Origin: Capsulimonadaceae bacterium | Lineage (GTDB): Bacteria; Armatimonadota; Armatimonadia; Armatimonadales; Capsulimonadaceae | Length of the DNA: 64,000 bases | Direction of reading: 5' to 3' | Assembly (NCBI GenBank): GCA_965215505.1 | Contig: OZ244065.1 | Location: 5,440,001-5,504,000 of the forward strand | Part shown: piece after piece, positions 1-9,287 of the stretch | How the letters are laid out: every line of letters starts with the position of its first letter | Numbering within the stretch: position 1 is the first letter of the stretch | Position numbers and translations under genes: made by a program | The notes under the pieces: generated by a model | Databases searched by the model: none | Told to the model about the DNA's origin: nothing | Seen by the model: only the letters and a program-made list of their open reading frames with translations

Positions 1-1595
1 CGGGCGAACATCGCCACGCGGGCATTATACGCGGCGATCTTGACGGCGGGCGCGAGCGACGGGGTCGTCGTGCTGCCGCCCGAAGCGTTGGCGCTGCCCA
101 GGCGCGAGTCGCCGATGTGTGGCCGGACGGCGGCGATGGGCAGGCCCAACTCCTCGGCGACGATTGCCGCCGTGTAGGTGCGCGTCCCTGTCCCCAAGTC
201 CTGTGTCCCGGACAGGACATCCACGCCCCCATCGGAGGCGATCTTGACCGTCACCTTGCAGGCGGGGCCGCCCCCTCCCCCCCATTCGGCCAGGCCCAGG
301 CCCATGCCGCGCTTCTTGATGCCTGTTTGTCCCAGGCCGGGCTGCTTGTTGCGGCCCGTCGCCCAGCCCGCCTCTTTGGCGGCAAGGTCCATCTGCCGGC
401 CCCAGGCGGGGTCGGGGATGTTCTGCTTGCGGACATCAATCGGGTCCATGTCCAGCTTGTAGGCGATGTCGTCCATCAGGGACTCCATCGGGAACGAGGC
501 CTGCGGGCTGCCCGGCCCACGGAAGGCACGGGAACTGTCAATGTTGGTGTGGACCGAGTCCATCGAGCGGTAGACGTGCTGTACGCGGTAGATGTAGGGC
601 AGGCCGCGCTGTGTGCCTTCCCCTAGGCCGCCCAGTCGGTGCTGCTCGGCGCTGATCGCGAGCAGCTTGCCGTCCTTCGTCGCGCCGAGCTTGGCGCGGA
701 CCAGGCTCGCACTGCGGTTGCCAGCCATCAGGAACTCGTCTTCGCGCGTCAGCAGCAGGTGTACAGGCCGCTTGGCCTTCAAGGCCAGTTTACAGGCGAC
801 CGATCCGGGCAGGTCCAGGCCGAATTTGGACCCGAAGCCGCCGCCCATGTGATGCACGATGGAGACGACGTTGGCCTCGGGGATGCCAAGCTCCTGGGCG
901 GCGTCGCCGGGGATGCCGTGCGTCCCCTGCGTGGAGGCGTAGACCGTGGCCGAGTCGCCGCCGTTGTAGTCCACGACGACGCCGTGCGTTTCAAGGCAGC
1001 TATGGTGCTGGAAGGCGGTACGGAACTCGCCCTCGACGACGGCGGCGCACTGAGAAAACAGGGCCTCGACGGCGGCCTTGTCGCCGCGCGTCTGGGCGGG
1101 CTGGACGTTGGAGGTGTCCTGATGCACCCGAGGCGAGGCGTCCGTCATCGCGTAATCCGCGTCCACGACATGGGGCAGCGGCTCGTAAACGACTTTAATC
1201 GCCCGGATGGCGTCTTCGGCAAGCTCCGGGGTCCGGGCGGCGACGGCGGCCACCGGGTCGCCTTGATAGCGCAGAGTCTTGTCGGGGTAGGTGATGACGG
1301 CGGCGACGCCCGGCATCTTCTCCACCGCACTCGCGTCAAGACTCGTGATCTTGGCCGCCGCGTAGGGGGAGGCAAGGATGCGCCCGTAGACCATGCCGGG
1401 CAGGCGGATATCGTGCGAATACTTGGCTGCCCCCGTCACCTTGTCCGGCCCGTCCAGGCGGGGGATGTGGTGGTTCAGGAGCCGCATCTGCGACCGGTCG
1501 CCCCAGTCGGGACCGGCAGAGTCGTCCACCTCGATTTCGACCATGGTTTCCAGGCCGTTGACAACTTTGGGGACTTTGATCTTGCGTTTCGCCAT
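1..1595 (-). CDS. Xanthine dehydrogenase family molybdopterin-binding subunit (PaoC/YagR-like), 3' end runs off the window
   Basis: Own translation from ATG at 1595: MAKRKIKVPK...RLDGPDKVTGAAKYSHDIRLPGMVYGRIL...HHSCLETHG...MGGGFGSKFG...FRGPGSPQ. These are typical Mo-hydroxylase motifs, and the gene follows the 2Fe-2S subunit gene. Confidence 0.9.
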   Translation of the reverse strand, partial: MAKRKIKVPKVVNGLETMVEIEVDDSAGPDWGDRSQMRLLNHHIPRLDGPDKVTGAAKYSHDIRLPGMVYGRILASPYAAAKITSLDASAVEKMPGVAAVITYPDKTLRYQGDPVAAVAARTPELAEDAIRAIKVVYEPLPHVVDADYAMTDASPRVHQDTSNVQPAQTRGDKAAVEALFSQCAAVVEGEFRTAFQHHSCLETHGVVVDYNGGDSATVYASTQGTHGIPGDAAQELGIPEANVVSIVHHMGGGFGSKFGLDLPGSVACKLALKAKRPVHLLLTREDEFLMAGNRSASLVRAKLGATKDGKLLAISAEQHRLGGLGEGTQRGLPYIYRVQHVYRSMDSVHTNIDSSRAFRGPGSPQASFPMESLMDDIAYKLDMDPIDVRKQNIPDPAWGRQMDLAAKEAGWATGRNKQPGLGQTGIKKRGMGLGLAEWGGGGGPACKVTVKIASDGGVDVLSGTQDLGTGTRTYTAAIVAEELGLPIAAVRPHIGDSRLGSANASGGSTTTPSLAPAVKIAAYNARVAMFA

Positions 1596-1600
1596 GGGTG

Positions 1601-2299
1601 TCAGGCTTCCTTCCCGGCGCGCATCTTCTGGGCGGCGGCCAGCGCGGCTTCGAAGACTTTTGGGTATGTCCCGCAGCGGCAGGTGTTGCCGGCGCAGGCG
1701 TGCTTGATTTCGGCTAGGGTGGCGCGCGGGTTTTTATCGAGGCAATTACGCACGGACATGACGAAGCCGGGCGTACAGAACCCGCACATCAGGGCGTCAT
1801 GCTCGACAAACGCGGCCTGGACCGGGTGCAGGTGGTCTTCATCGGGGGACACGCCTTCAACGGTGGTGATCTTCTTGCCCACGGAGTCCGCCGCCAGGGT
1901 CATGCACGAGTAGACGGTCTTGCCGTCCATCTCGACGGTGCAGGCCCCGCAGGCCCCCCGGTCGCAGACGATCTTCGGGCCGGTGACCGGCGGCTCCAGA
2001 TGGTTCCGCAGGGCGTTCAGGAGGGTGGTGCGCGGCTCCATCAGGGCGGTGCGCTTCGCGCCGTTGACGTTCAGTGTCAGCCGGATCGTCCCCCGCTGCA
2101 CGGCCGAGCGGCTGTCGTCGCGGACGGCTTCGGTGGCGGCCTCCCCGCGTTCCGTCAACCCTGGCAGGGCCGGCGCGAGTGCGGCGGCGACGGAGGCCGC
2201 GCCCGCCCCGCGCAGGAACTGGCGGCGGCTCAGGGGCGGCGGCTCGGGCCGCATCTCTTCCCGCGCTTCTTCTGCGTGTTCCTCTTCCGATTCCGGCAT
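1601..2299 (-). CDS. (2Fe-2S)-binding subunit of a Mo-hydroxylase with Tat signal (PaoA/YagT-like)
   Basis: CDRGACGACT and CGFCTPG...CRCG cluster motifs; twin-arginine SRRQFLRG; AAGGA RBS before ATG 2299. Confidence 0.93.
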   Translation of the reverse strand: MPESEEEHAEEAREEMRPEPPPLSRRQFLRGAGAASVAAALAPALPGLTERGEAATEAVRDDSRSAVQRGTIRLTLNVNGAKRTALMEPRTTLLNALRNHLEPPVTGPKIVCDRGACGACTVEMDGKTVYSCMTLAADSVGKKITTVEGVSPDEDHLHPVQAAFVEHDALMCGFCTPGFVMSVRNCLDKNPRATLAEIKHACAGNTCRCGTYPKVFEAALAAAQKMRAGKEA

Positions 2300-2357
2300 G
2301 GGATGGTTCCTTACTCTGGAGGGCGATTCGGGCGAACTGTGGGCTATATTATACTGC

Positions 2358-3115
2358 TTACACGCCTTTCGTGTCAACCTCGCGCATCCCCTCCCACTCG
2401 CGCCAGATGTCGGTCATGCACTCCCAGTGCAGGCTGTCATGGTCCACATGGCTGAGGCGGAAGAAGACCATGGTGCGCGTGTATGGGGAGACGTTCGGCC
2501 CGACCCCATGTGCCACCTGGTAATGCACCAGGACGATGTCGCCTGCCTTGCCCGTGACCGGCTCCGGGGCGGGCAACTCGACCGGCGGCATCCCCTGGAG
2601 GAGCGACTGCGGGCCGTGTTCCTTGAAGTATTCCTCGTACAGACGGTGGGTACCGGGCCAGACGTGCAGGTTGCCCATCAGCGGCGCGGGTACGTCGCTC
2701 AACATCACGCCGAGCAGCATCGTGAAGTTACCGATGGTGCCTTCCTTGACGCCGTTGGTCGGCGAGTACATGCCGTCTAGGTGAGGCCGCGCCGACCCCG
2801 GCTCGTCCAGGGACGGGAACCGGAGCGCGATCTGCCCGCCCCCGGCGGCTTGATCCGCCCCGCCCCGATGACCGACTCGACCAGATCCCAGGCCGGAGTC
2901 TTCTTCAGGAGGTCGGTGATCGGCGGCGTGTTCTGGATCTCGGGGCAGTACGACTGCGCCCGGAAGCGGGGCATGTCGGCGACGTTCATGCCCTGCCCGA
3001 CCGCGTGGTTGATGGCCCGCAGGGCCGCCTCGACCATCAGGGGCGGCACGACGCCCGGCACCTGCACATAGCCGTTGTCCCGCAGTTCCTGTTTCTGTCT
3101 TGCGTTCAGTTCCAT
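2358..3115 (-). pseudogene. Phytanoyl-CoA dioxygenase (PhyH)-family 2OG-Fe(II) oxygenase, split by a one-base frameshift
   Basis: ORFs 2777-3115 and 2358-2771 join if one G is added at the G5 run (C run at 2839-2843 on +), giving ...IKPPGGGQIALRFP...PHLDG...GNLHVWPGTH...GDIVLVHYQVAHGV. Confidence 0.8.
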
Positions 3116-3130
3116 CTTATCCCTCCCCCG

Positions 3131-3454
3131 CTATGCCTTCCCCGATTTGAGTTCGATGACGAAGTTGCGGTACGGTTTCGTGCCGACGTTGGTGAGGCGC
3201 TGATGGACCGTCCCGCCGTTCGCCTCGATGAAGACGACCTGGTCGTCCTCGTAATCGAACTCGGGGGCGGCGTCCGGGTCGTCGGGGTCAACCATCTTCA
3301 TGTGGCCGCCGTTGACGACGATGAAGAAAAAGTCCTCACGGTGGATGTGCCGCTCCAGCCACTCGCCGGGGGCCAATGCCAGGTCCCAGACCCGGACGCG
3401 GTCGTTCTCGAACATCAGGTGGGTGCCGACGTTCTCGGTCGGTTCAAAGCTCAT
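3131..3454 (-). CDS. Cupin-domain protein
   Basis: FENDRVRVWDLALAPGE..HIH and HQRLTNVGTKPYRNFVIELK are small-cupin motifs; start at ATG 3454. Confidence 0.8.
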   Translation of the reverse strand: MSFEPTENVGTHLMFENDRVRVWDLALAPGEWLERHIHREDFFFIVVNGGHMKMVDPDDPDAAPEFDYEDDQVVFIEANGGTVHQRLTNVGTKPYRNFVIELKSGKA

Positions 3455-3526
3455 GGTGTCGCCTCTCGCTTGCGCTGTTGGTCTAGGACATTTATACCCG
3501 GCGTTAATGCGCCGCACGCCCAAGTC

Positions 3527-3555
3527 GGAACTTTCCGGGCCGCCCGATTGTCTAA
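3527..3555 (+). promoter_or_regulatory. Putative sigmaE/AlgU-type ECF promoter of msrA
   Basis: GGAACTT (3527-3533), 17 nt, TCTAA (3551-3555), then 6 nt to ATG 3562. Confidence 0.55.
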
Positions 3556-3561
3556 TATAGC

Positions 3562-4260
3562 ATGATGACACACTTGAATCTAAGAAAATTCCTTGGGCGG
3601 CTGTGCGTCCCCGCCCTGCTCGCCCTCGCCGTCTGGGCCGTGATGCTCACCGGCTGCGCGACCCAGCCCGCGTACTCGGACAGCGGCGAGGTGACTCAGG
3701 GGCCGATCCAGCCGGTGAAGACGCCCCCAGGCCGCGAAGTCGCGACCTTCGCCGGCGGCTGCTTCTGGGCCAGGGACGCCATGTTCCGGCACCTCAAAGG
3801 CGTGGACACCGTCGTCTCGGGCTTCTCGGGAGGCCACACCGCACACCCCTCCTATGAAGAGGTCTGCACCGGGACCACGGGGCACGCCGAGACCGTTCAG
3901 ATCACCTTCGACCCCAAGGTGATCTCGTACCATGACCTACTGGACATCTTCTTCCACACGCACGACCCGACCACCTTGAACCGGCAGGCACCGGACGAGG
4001 GGACGCAGTACCGCTCCGCCGTGTTCTACCACAGCGCCCAGCAGAAGGCGATGACCGAGCAGGTCATCCACGACATCACCAAGGATGGCCTGTACTCCAA
4101 CCCGATCGTCACACAGGTGGTGCCGTACACGGGCTTCTGGCCCGCCGAGGCTTACCATCAGAACTATTTCGCCTTGAATCCTGATAACGGCTACTGCGCC
4201 AACGTCGTCGCGCCGGAAGTGGCGCACTTCCGCAAGCTGTACCATGCGCGCCTGAAATAG
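3562..4260 (+). CDS. msrA: Peptide-methionine (S)-S-oxide reductase, predicted lipoprotein
   Basis: FAGGCFW, YEEVCTGTTGHAE, HDPTTLNRQ..D.GTQYRS, AEAYHQNY and GYC motifs; N-terminal signal with lipobox LTGC. Confidence 0.95.
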   Translation: MMTHLNLRKFLGRLCVPALLALAVWAVMLTGCATQPAYSDSGEVTQGPIQPVKTPPGREVATFAGGCFWARDAMFRHLKGVDTVVSGFSGGHTAHPSYEEVCTGTTGHAETVQITFDPKVISYHDLLDIFFHTHDPTTLNRQAPDEGTQYRSAVFYHSAQQKAMTEQVIHDITKDGLYSNPIVTQVVPYTGFWPAEAYHQNYFALNPDNGYCANVVAPEVAHFRKLYHARLK

Positions 4261-4283
4261 TCCTACCGAGCCTGCATGGAATC

Positions 4284-4311
4284 GGGGCCGCCGGCAGATG
4301 CCGGCGGCCCC
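4284..4311. terminator. Hairpin between convergent genes, likely bidirectional terminator
   Basis: GGGGCCGCCGGC-AGAT-GCCGGCGGCCCC, a perfect 12-bp stem. Confidence 0.7.
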
Positions 4312-4317
4312 TTCGCT

Positions 4318-4869
4318 TTAGTGGACGGCGACCGTGAGTGGACCCGCCGCTGGGGTCGCCGAGGAGTCCGCACCCCGGAGTGCCGCCGATGCGCTGTAGA
4401 CGCCGGTTCGGGTGAGCGTGTAGGCTTCCGTCGCGGAAAGCGACTGGCCCGGCTGGAGCGTGACGGTGACCGGGAGCGGCGGTGCGATCGGCGGGTAGCC
4501 CGACACCGTGCCGTCGTGTGCGATCAGGCTCCCGCCGGGGTCCTGGACGTGAAAACTGCCGCTGTCGTAGGGGATCAGCAGCATGCCCAGGGTGACCGGC
4601 CCGCCGCCGTGATAGCCCTGATAGGTGTCGGTGATCGGGGCCGCCGTCGGGTTGGTCAGGGTGATCCGGTACGTCACCGTGCCGCCCGCCTTGAGGCTCG
4701 TCTTGTCCTGCGACAGCCCGAGCGTCAGGTGGTCCGCCAGCGTCGCGGACGCCTGCGCCCCGGTCTGGACGCTCGGACCCCCGCCCCCGCCGCAGCCCGC
4801 CGCGAGAGCCAGGGCGCAGGCGAGGATGCCCGCCCCGCCGTGGACTGTCCGCCGCCGGTGCTTTGTCAT
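4318..4869 (-). CDS. Putative lipoprotein with Ig-like/DUF11-like beta domain
   Basis: AAGGAGG RBS; MTKHRRR...LALAAGC lipobox; DKTSLKAGGTVTYRITLTN beta-strand pattern. Confidence 0.65.
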   Translation of the reverse strand: MTKHRRRTVHGGAGILACALALAAGCGGGGGPSVQTGAQASATLADHLTLGLSQDKTSLKAGGTVTYRITLTNPTAAPITDTYQGYHGGGPVTLGMLLIPYDSGSFHVQDPGGSLIAHDGTVSGYPPIAPPLPVTVTLQPGQSLSATEAYTLTRTGVYSASAALRGADSSATPAAGPLTVAVH

Positions 4870-5061
4870 GGCTTGCCTCCTTCGCGGCCCGCTTTGCGCC
4901 TCCTTGCCTGGCCGCCCTTGCTTCCTTCTCCACCGTCCGCCGCGTTTCCTCCTCACCCGGCGTCACTTTCCCGGCCAGTGTAGACACAAGCGCCCGCGTC
5001 TGGTACAATTGAGTGTCACCAAGCCGCGACCTTTCCCTGCGCCTCACCCGTTGCCCCGCCC

Positions 5062-6651
5062 ATGAAGAAAATCATTACCCTGCTCGCCCTGCCGCTCGTC
5101 CTGTGCTGCGTCCTCGGCGGGCGGACCGCCGCCGCGCCCTCGGACATCGTGCCGCGCGGCAGTTCGCTCCTGGACGCCTTCGCCAAGCTGGCGCAGGCGG
5201 ACGCCTTCGGGGCCGCAGACACCCCCGAAGACTTCCTGGGCGAGCCGCTGTATACGCGCGGGCAGCTCGCGCACCTCCTGGAAGTTCTGCTCCAGGGCGA
5301 TCCGAAGCGGCTGGCCCGCATCCAAAAGGAGGACGCCGACAACGCCGCCTTCCAGGCCGCCCTCCAGATGCTCACTCCGGAGCTGGCGGCGGATGGCGCG
5401 GACCTTTCCGAAGTGAACACCATCCCGGCGCGCGGGACGTCCGTGAGCGGGTACGTCCAGCCCGAAGTGCGCTCGGGGTCGGGCGGCGGGGGGCACTCCG
5501 GGGGCATCGGCGTCTACCGCGTTACCGCCCTGGGTAACCTGCGGTCTAACGTGCGCTACACCGTGTCCGCCTCCAACTGGGCGGAAGACTACCGGCGTAT
5601 CTTTGACAACGACATCGGCCCGCACGACTTCTCCGCCGTCAATGAGGCCTATGTGGAACTCGACGGCGGGCGCGGCCTGCGGGTGGACCTGGGCCGGATG
5701 CAGAACCGGTGGGGGCCTGGCACGCGGGGCGCGGCCCTGCTGTCCGACAACGCGCCGCCGCTGGACCAGCTCCAGGTCCGGTTCCCCTTCAGCCTCGGCC
5801 CGCGTTTCGGCCGGGGCTACCAGTTCTCCCAGCTTCTGGGCCAATTCTCCGAAGGCGGCTCCGTCCGGTACTTCGCCGCCCGCCGCATCGAGCTTGCAGT
5901 AAACCCGCGCCTGACCGCCGACCTCCAGGAAGCCTATAAGGCTTCCACCTCGCGCGCACTGGTCGTGTCCCTGCTCCCCGACTTCTACAGCGGCAAGAAC
6001 GCCAACCTTGCTCCGGCCTTTCCCGGCGTGGCGATCCGGAACCTGGAGGACTACTACAACGCCGTCCTGGGCCTCGGCCTGACCTACGACGCGGGGGGGG
6101 CGGGACGTGTCTATGGCCAGTTCGCCCTGGACGACCTGCGCTCGCCGGGCCGGCACAGCGGGAAGACGCCGCGCAAGATCGCCTACCTCGTCGGCTTCGC
6201 CGCCCGCCCGTTTGCCCGCACCGGCGTCACAGCAGAATACCTCTTCGCGGACCCGACGACCTATTCGTTCCACACCACGGCGGTCCAGTGGCAGGAGGGG
6301 CTTTACGACGAGATCGGGCTGCCGAGCGGCCCAAACACGCAGGAGGTCTACGTCCGGGTGGAGCAGAAGCTGACCCGGAAACTCTCGCTGGCCCTGTCCG
6401 CGCGGGACCGCCGCCGCCACGACGACTCGTTCCCCGCCCCGACCGCCCGCGACCTCGCCGCCACCGCCTCCTATGCGCTCGACGGGCGTAACGCCGTCCG
6501 GCTGACCTTCCACGACTACCGCCAGGACCCGTTCCCGCTCGCCCCCACGGCCACGGTCGGCAACAGTTTCCAGCCCAGCAATGTGGAAGGCGACTACGGC
6601 CAGTTGCTCCGCATCCGCCAACTCGACGTGGCCTATCAGGTCTTTTTCTAG
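5062..6651 (+). CDS. Capsule assembly Wzi-family outer-membrane beta-barrel protein
   Basis: Signal peptide; GRMQNRWGPG..GAALLSDNAPP motif recalled from the Wzi family; alternating beta-strands and a C-terminal Phe. Confidence 0.65.
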   Translation: MKKIITLLALPLVLCCVLGGRTAAAPSDIVPRGSSLLDAFAKLAQADAFGAADTPEDFLGEPLYTRGQLAHLLEVLLQGDPKRLARIQKEDADNAAFQAALQMLTPELAADGADLSEVNTIPARGTSVSGYVQPEVRSGSGGGGHSGGIGVYRVTALGNLRSNVRYTVSASNWAEDYRRIFDNDIGPHDFSAVNEAYVELDGGRGLRVDLGRMQNRWGPGTRGAALLSDNAPPLDQLQVRFPFSLGPRFGRGYQFSQLLGQFSEGGSVRYFAARRIELAVNPRLTADLQEAYKASTSRALVVSLLPDFYSGKNANLAPAFPGVAIRNLEDYYNAVLGLGLTYDAGGAGRVYGQFALDDLRSPGRHSGKTPRKIAYLVGFAARPFARTGVTAEYLFADPTTYSFHTTAVQWQEGLYDEIGLPSGPNTQEVYVRVEQKLTRKLSLALSARDRRRHDDSFPAPTARDLAATASYALDGRNAVRLTFHDYRQDPFPLAPTATVGNSFQPSNVEGDYGQLLRIRQLDVAYQVFF

Positions 6652-6744
6652 GCGGGTGCCCGTTCGCGTTTCCCGCAGCGCCGGTGGGGGAATGGTGTGG
6701 AAACACAACCCCCTCACGCTAGCAGCTTGCGCTAAAGGACCGCC

Positions 6745-8715
6745 ATGAGACTCGTTGACAGACTGCTGGGCCGGCCGCTGACCTCCTCGGAGGAAGGGGA
6801 ACAGAAGATCGGCGTCGTCGCCGGCGTCCCCTCCCTTGGATTGGACGGCCTCTCCTCCGCCGCTTACGGCCCCGAGGCCGCACTCACCCTGCTGCTGCCC
6901 CTGGGCGTTCTGGGCCTGAACTACATCGGGCCGATTACCGGGGTTATCCTCGCCCTCCTCCTCATTCTCTACTTTTCCTACCGTCAGACCATCACGGCCT
7001 ACCCCAACGGCGGCGGTTCCTACACCGTCGCCCACGAAAACCTGGGCATCAAGTTCGGACTGCTGGCCGCCGCCGCCCTGATGCTCGACTACACCCTCAC
7101 CGTCGCCGTCGGCATCTCGGCGGGCGTCGGCGCGCTCATCTCCGCCGCCCCCGGCCTGCATAAACACACGTTAGGGCTGTGCCTCGGGTTCCTGTCCCTG
7201 ATCACGGTCGTCAACCTGCGCGGGGCGCGCGAGGCCGGGGCCATCTTCGCCCTGCCCACCTACCTGTTCGTCCTCAGCCTCGGGGGCGTCCTCGTCTACG
7301 GCATCGTTCAGGCCATCGGGCACGGCGGCCACCCGCACCCGGTCCTCGCCCCGCCCGCCGTCCCCAGGGCCGTGGAGGGCGTCAGCCTGTGGCTGCTGCT
7401 GCGCGCCTTCGCCTCCGGCTGCACGGCGATGACCGGCGTGGAGGCCGTCTCCAACGGCGTTACCATCTTCGCCGACCCCATAGTCCGGAACGCCCAGCGG
7501 ACTCTGACGGCCATCGTCATCATCCTGCTCGCCCTGCTGGCCGGCATCGCCTACCTCTGCCGCGCCTACGGCATCGCGGCCATGGACGAGGCGCGGCCGG
7601 ACTACCAGAGCGTGATCTCGTTGCTGCTGAACGCTGCGGTGGGGCGCGGGGTGATCTACTACGTCACCCTGGGCAGCGTGCTGGCCGTGCTCGTGCTGTC
7701 GGCGAACACCAGCTACGCGGGCTTCCCGCGCCTGTGTCGGCTGGTCGCCCTGGACGGCTACCTGCCGCGCGCCTTCGCGCTGCTGGGGCGGCGGCTGGTC
7801 TACACGGTCGGCATCCTGTTCCTGACCGGCCTGTGCGCCATCCTGCTGGTCGCCTTCAAGGGCATCACGGACAGGCTGATCCCGCTCTACGCCGTCGGCG
7901 CGTTCATGGCCTTCACGCTCTCGCAGGCCGGGATGGTGATGCACTGGCGGCGGGAGTCGCAGAGCGGGGAAAGCAGGAACAAGGCTGGGGCGGGCGGCGC
8001 GCTGTTCATCAACGGGCTGGGGGCGCTCTGTACGGCCCTGGCCCTCGGGGTCATCCTGGTCGCTAAGTTCGTCGAGGGGGCGTGGATCACCGTCCCGGTG
8101 CTGGGCGGCCTGATGGCGCTCTTCTTCGGCGTCAGGCACCACTACGACGCCGTGGCGCAGCAGATCGGGCACCCGTGCGCGCTTGACCTGAGCCGCAACG
8201 ATCCGCCCGTGGCCGTGGTGCCGCTGGGGGCCTGGAACATCGTCACGGAGCGCGCCCTGCGCTTCGGGATGCGTCTGTCGCCGGACGTGTACGCGGTCTA
8301 TGTCCGGCTGCCCGACGCGAACGGCAAGGACGAAGAGGGAGAGAAGAAGGCGGAAGAGCTGCGTAAGCAGTGGGCGGAGCAGGTGGACAAGCCCGCCCAA
8401 GCGGCGGGCCTGCCCGCACCGCATCTGGAGGTGCTGTCGTCGCCGTACCGGAAGGTGACGGGGCCTCTAAAGTCCTACCTGAATACGTTGAAGACGCAGT
8501 ACCCGGACCGGCTGATCGCGGTGATCATCCCGGAACTGGTGGAGACGCGGTGGTGGGACTGGCTGCTGCACAACCACCGGGCGACGGCCCTGAAGGCGAA
8601 CCTGCTGCTGCTGGGCGACCCGCGCATAGTGGTCATCAACGTCCCCTGGTATGTACAGTACGGCAAGGCGGCGCAGAAGGCACCGCCGCCGAGTAAAGCT
8701 GGGGCCGCTTTCTAA
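6745..8715 (+). CDS. APC-family permease, YdaO/KimA-like (putative K+ transporter)
   Basis: DGLSSAAYGPE, YPNGGGSY, FASGCTAMTGVEAVSNG and LIPLYAVG motifs; about 12 TM segments plus a cytoplasmic C-terminal domain (SPYR...LLHN). Confidence 0.87.
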   Translation: MRLVDRLLGRPLTSSEEGEQKIGVVAGVPSLGLDGLSSAAYGPEAALTLLLPLGVLGLNYIGPITGVILALLLILYFSYRQTITAYPNGGGSYTVAHENLGIKFGLLAAAALMLDYTLTVAVGISAGVGALISAAPGLHKHTLGLCLGFLSLITVVNLRGAREAGAIFALPTYLFVLSLGGVLVYGIVQAIGHGGHPHPVLAPPAVPRAVEGVSLWLLLRAFASGCTAMTGVEAVSNGVTIFADPIVRNAQRTLTAIVIILLALLAGIAYLCRAYGIAAMDEARPDYQSVISLLLNAAVGRGVIYYVTLGSVLAVLVLSANTSYAGFPRLCRLVALDGYLPRAFALLGRRLVYTVGILFLTGLCAILLVAFKGITDRLIPLYAVGAFMAFTLSQAGMVMHWRRESQSGESRNKAGAGGALFINGLGALCTALALGVILVAKFVEGAWITVPVLGGLMALFFGVRHHYDAVAQQIGHPCALDLSRNDPPVAVVPLGAWNIVTERALRFGMRLSPDVYAVYVRLPDANGKDEEGEKKAEELRKQWAEQVDKPAQAAGLPAPHLEVLSSPYRKVTGPLKSYLNTLKTQYPDRLIAVIIPELVETRWWDWLLHNHRATALKANLLLLGDPRIVVINVPWYVQYGKAAQKAPPPSKAGAAF

Positions 8716-9140
8716 GCCTGCTTGAAGTGGAAGCGCGTCTCGTGCTGCTGCGCCAGCAGCAGGGCGCGCTCGATAGCTTCCAGGTCGGCGATGACCTCTT
8801 CGGGCCGCAGGCTCGGGTCATAGATGGCGGCAGCGATGCCGCCCGGCTCGGCCCGGACGGCGTCCAGGGCGCGGCGGACGACGGCCAGCCCCAGGGCAGG
8901 CTCATACCAGTCCGGCGGGCCGAAGTCAATGTCCTGGAGGTCCTCCGCCCCGTCTTCCTCGTAGGGGTACACCATCCCCACGGCGACGGCCATCTGAGTC
9001 GGGTCCACGCTGACGAAGTCCGTCAATGCTTCCAGGTCCGGGTGCGCCTCCACGACGCGCGCCAAAGCCGACCCAGGGACGGCTGAACTGTCAAAGCCGG
9101 GGACCCGCTGCTCCAGCACGGGGATAAAGTTCGCGCTCAT
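8712..9140 (-). CDS. Hypothetical protein (142 aa)
   Basis: GAGGTG RBS, acidic globular composition, occupies the gap between flanking genes. Confidence 0.65.
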   Translation of the reverse strand: MSANFIPVLEQRVPGFDSSAVPGSALARVVEAHPDLEALTDFVSVDPTQMAVAVGMVYPYEEDGAEDLQDIDFGPPDWYEPALGLAVVRRALDAVRAEPGGIAAAIYDPSLRPEEVIADLEAIERALLLAQQHETRFHFKQA

Positions 9141-9287
9141 GGGACACCTCTTTCTCCCCGGACTTGAAGTAGGGGGTCAGCACATTCTACCCACGCCCGC
9201 CGCCTGCCTGACATACCGGACGGCTGTTGTGGGAAAGATAACGCGGCCCGCCCGGAGCAGGGCGGGGCAGTAAGGGAGGGTTTCGCG

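Noticed and set aside
6652-6744. c-di-AMP (ydaO) riboswitch upstream of the KimA-like permease
   Set aside because: The spacer is only about 93 nt and lacks the recognisable conserved elements.
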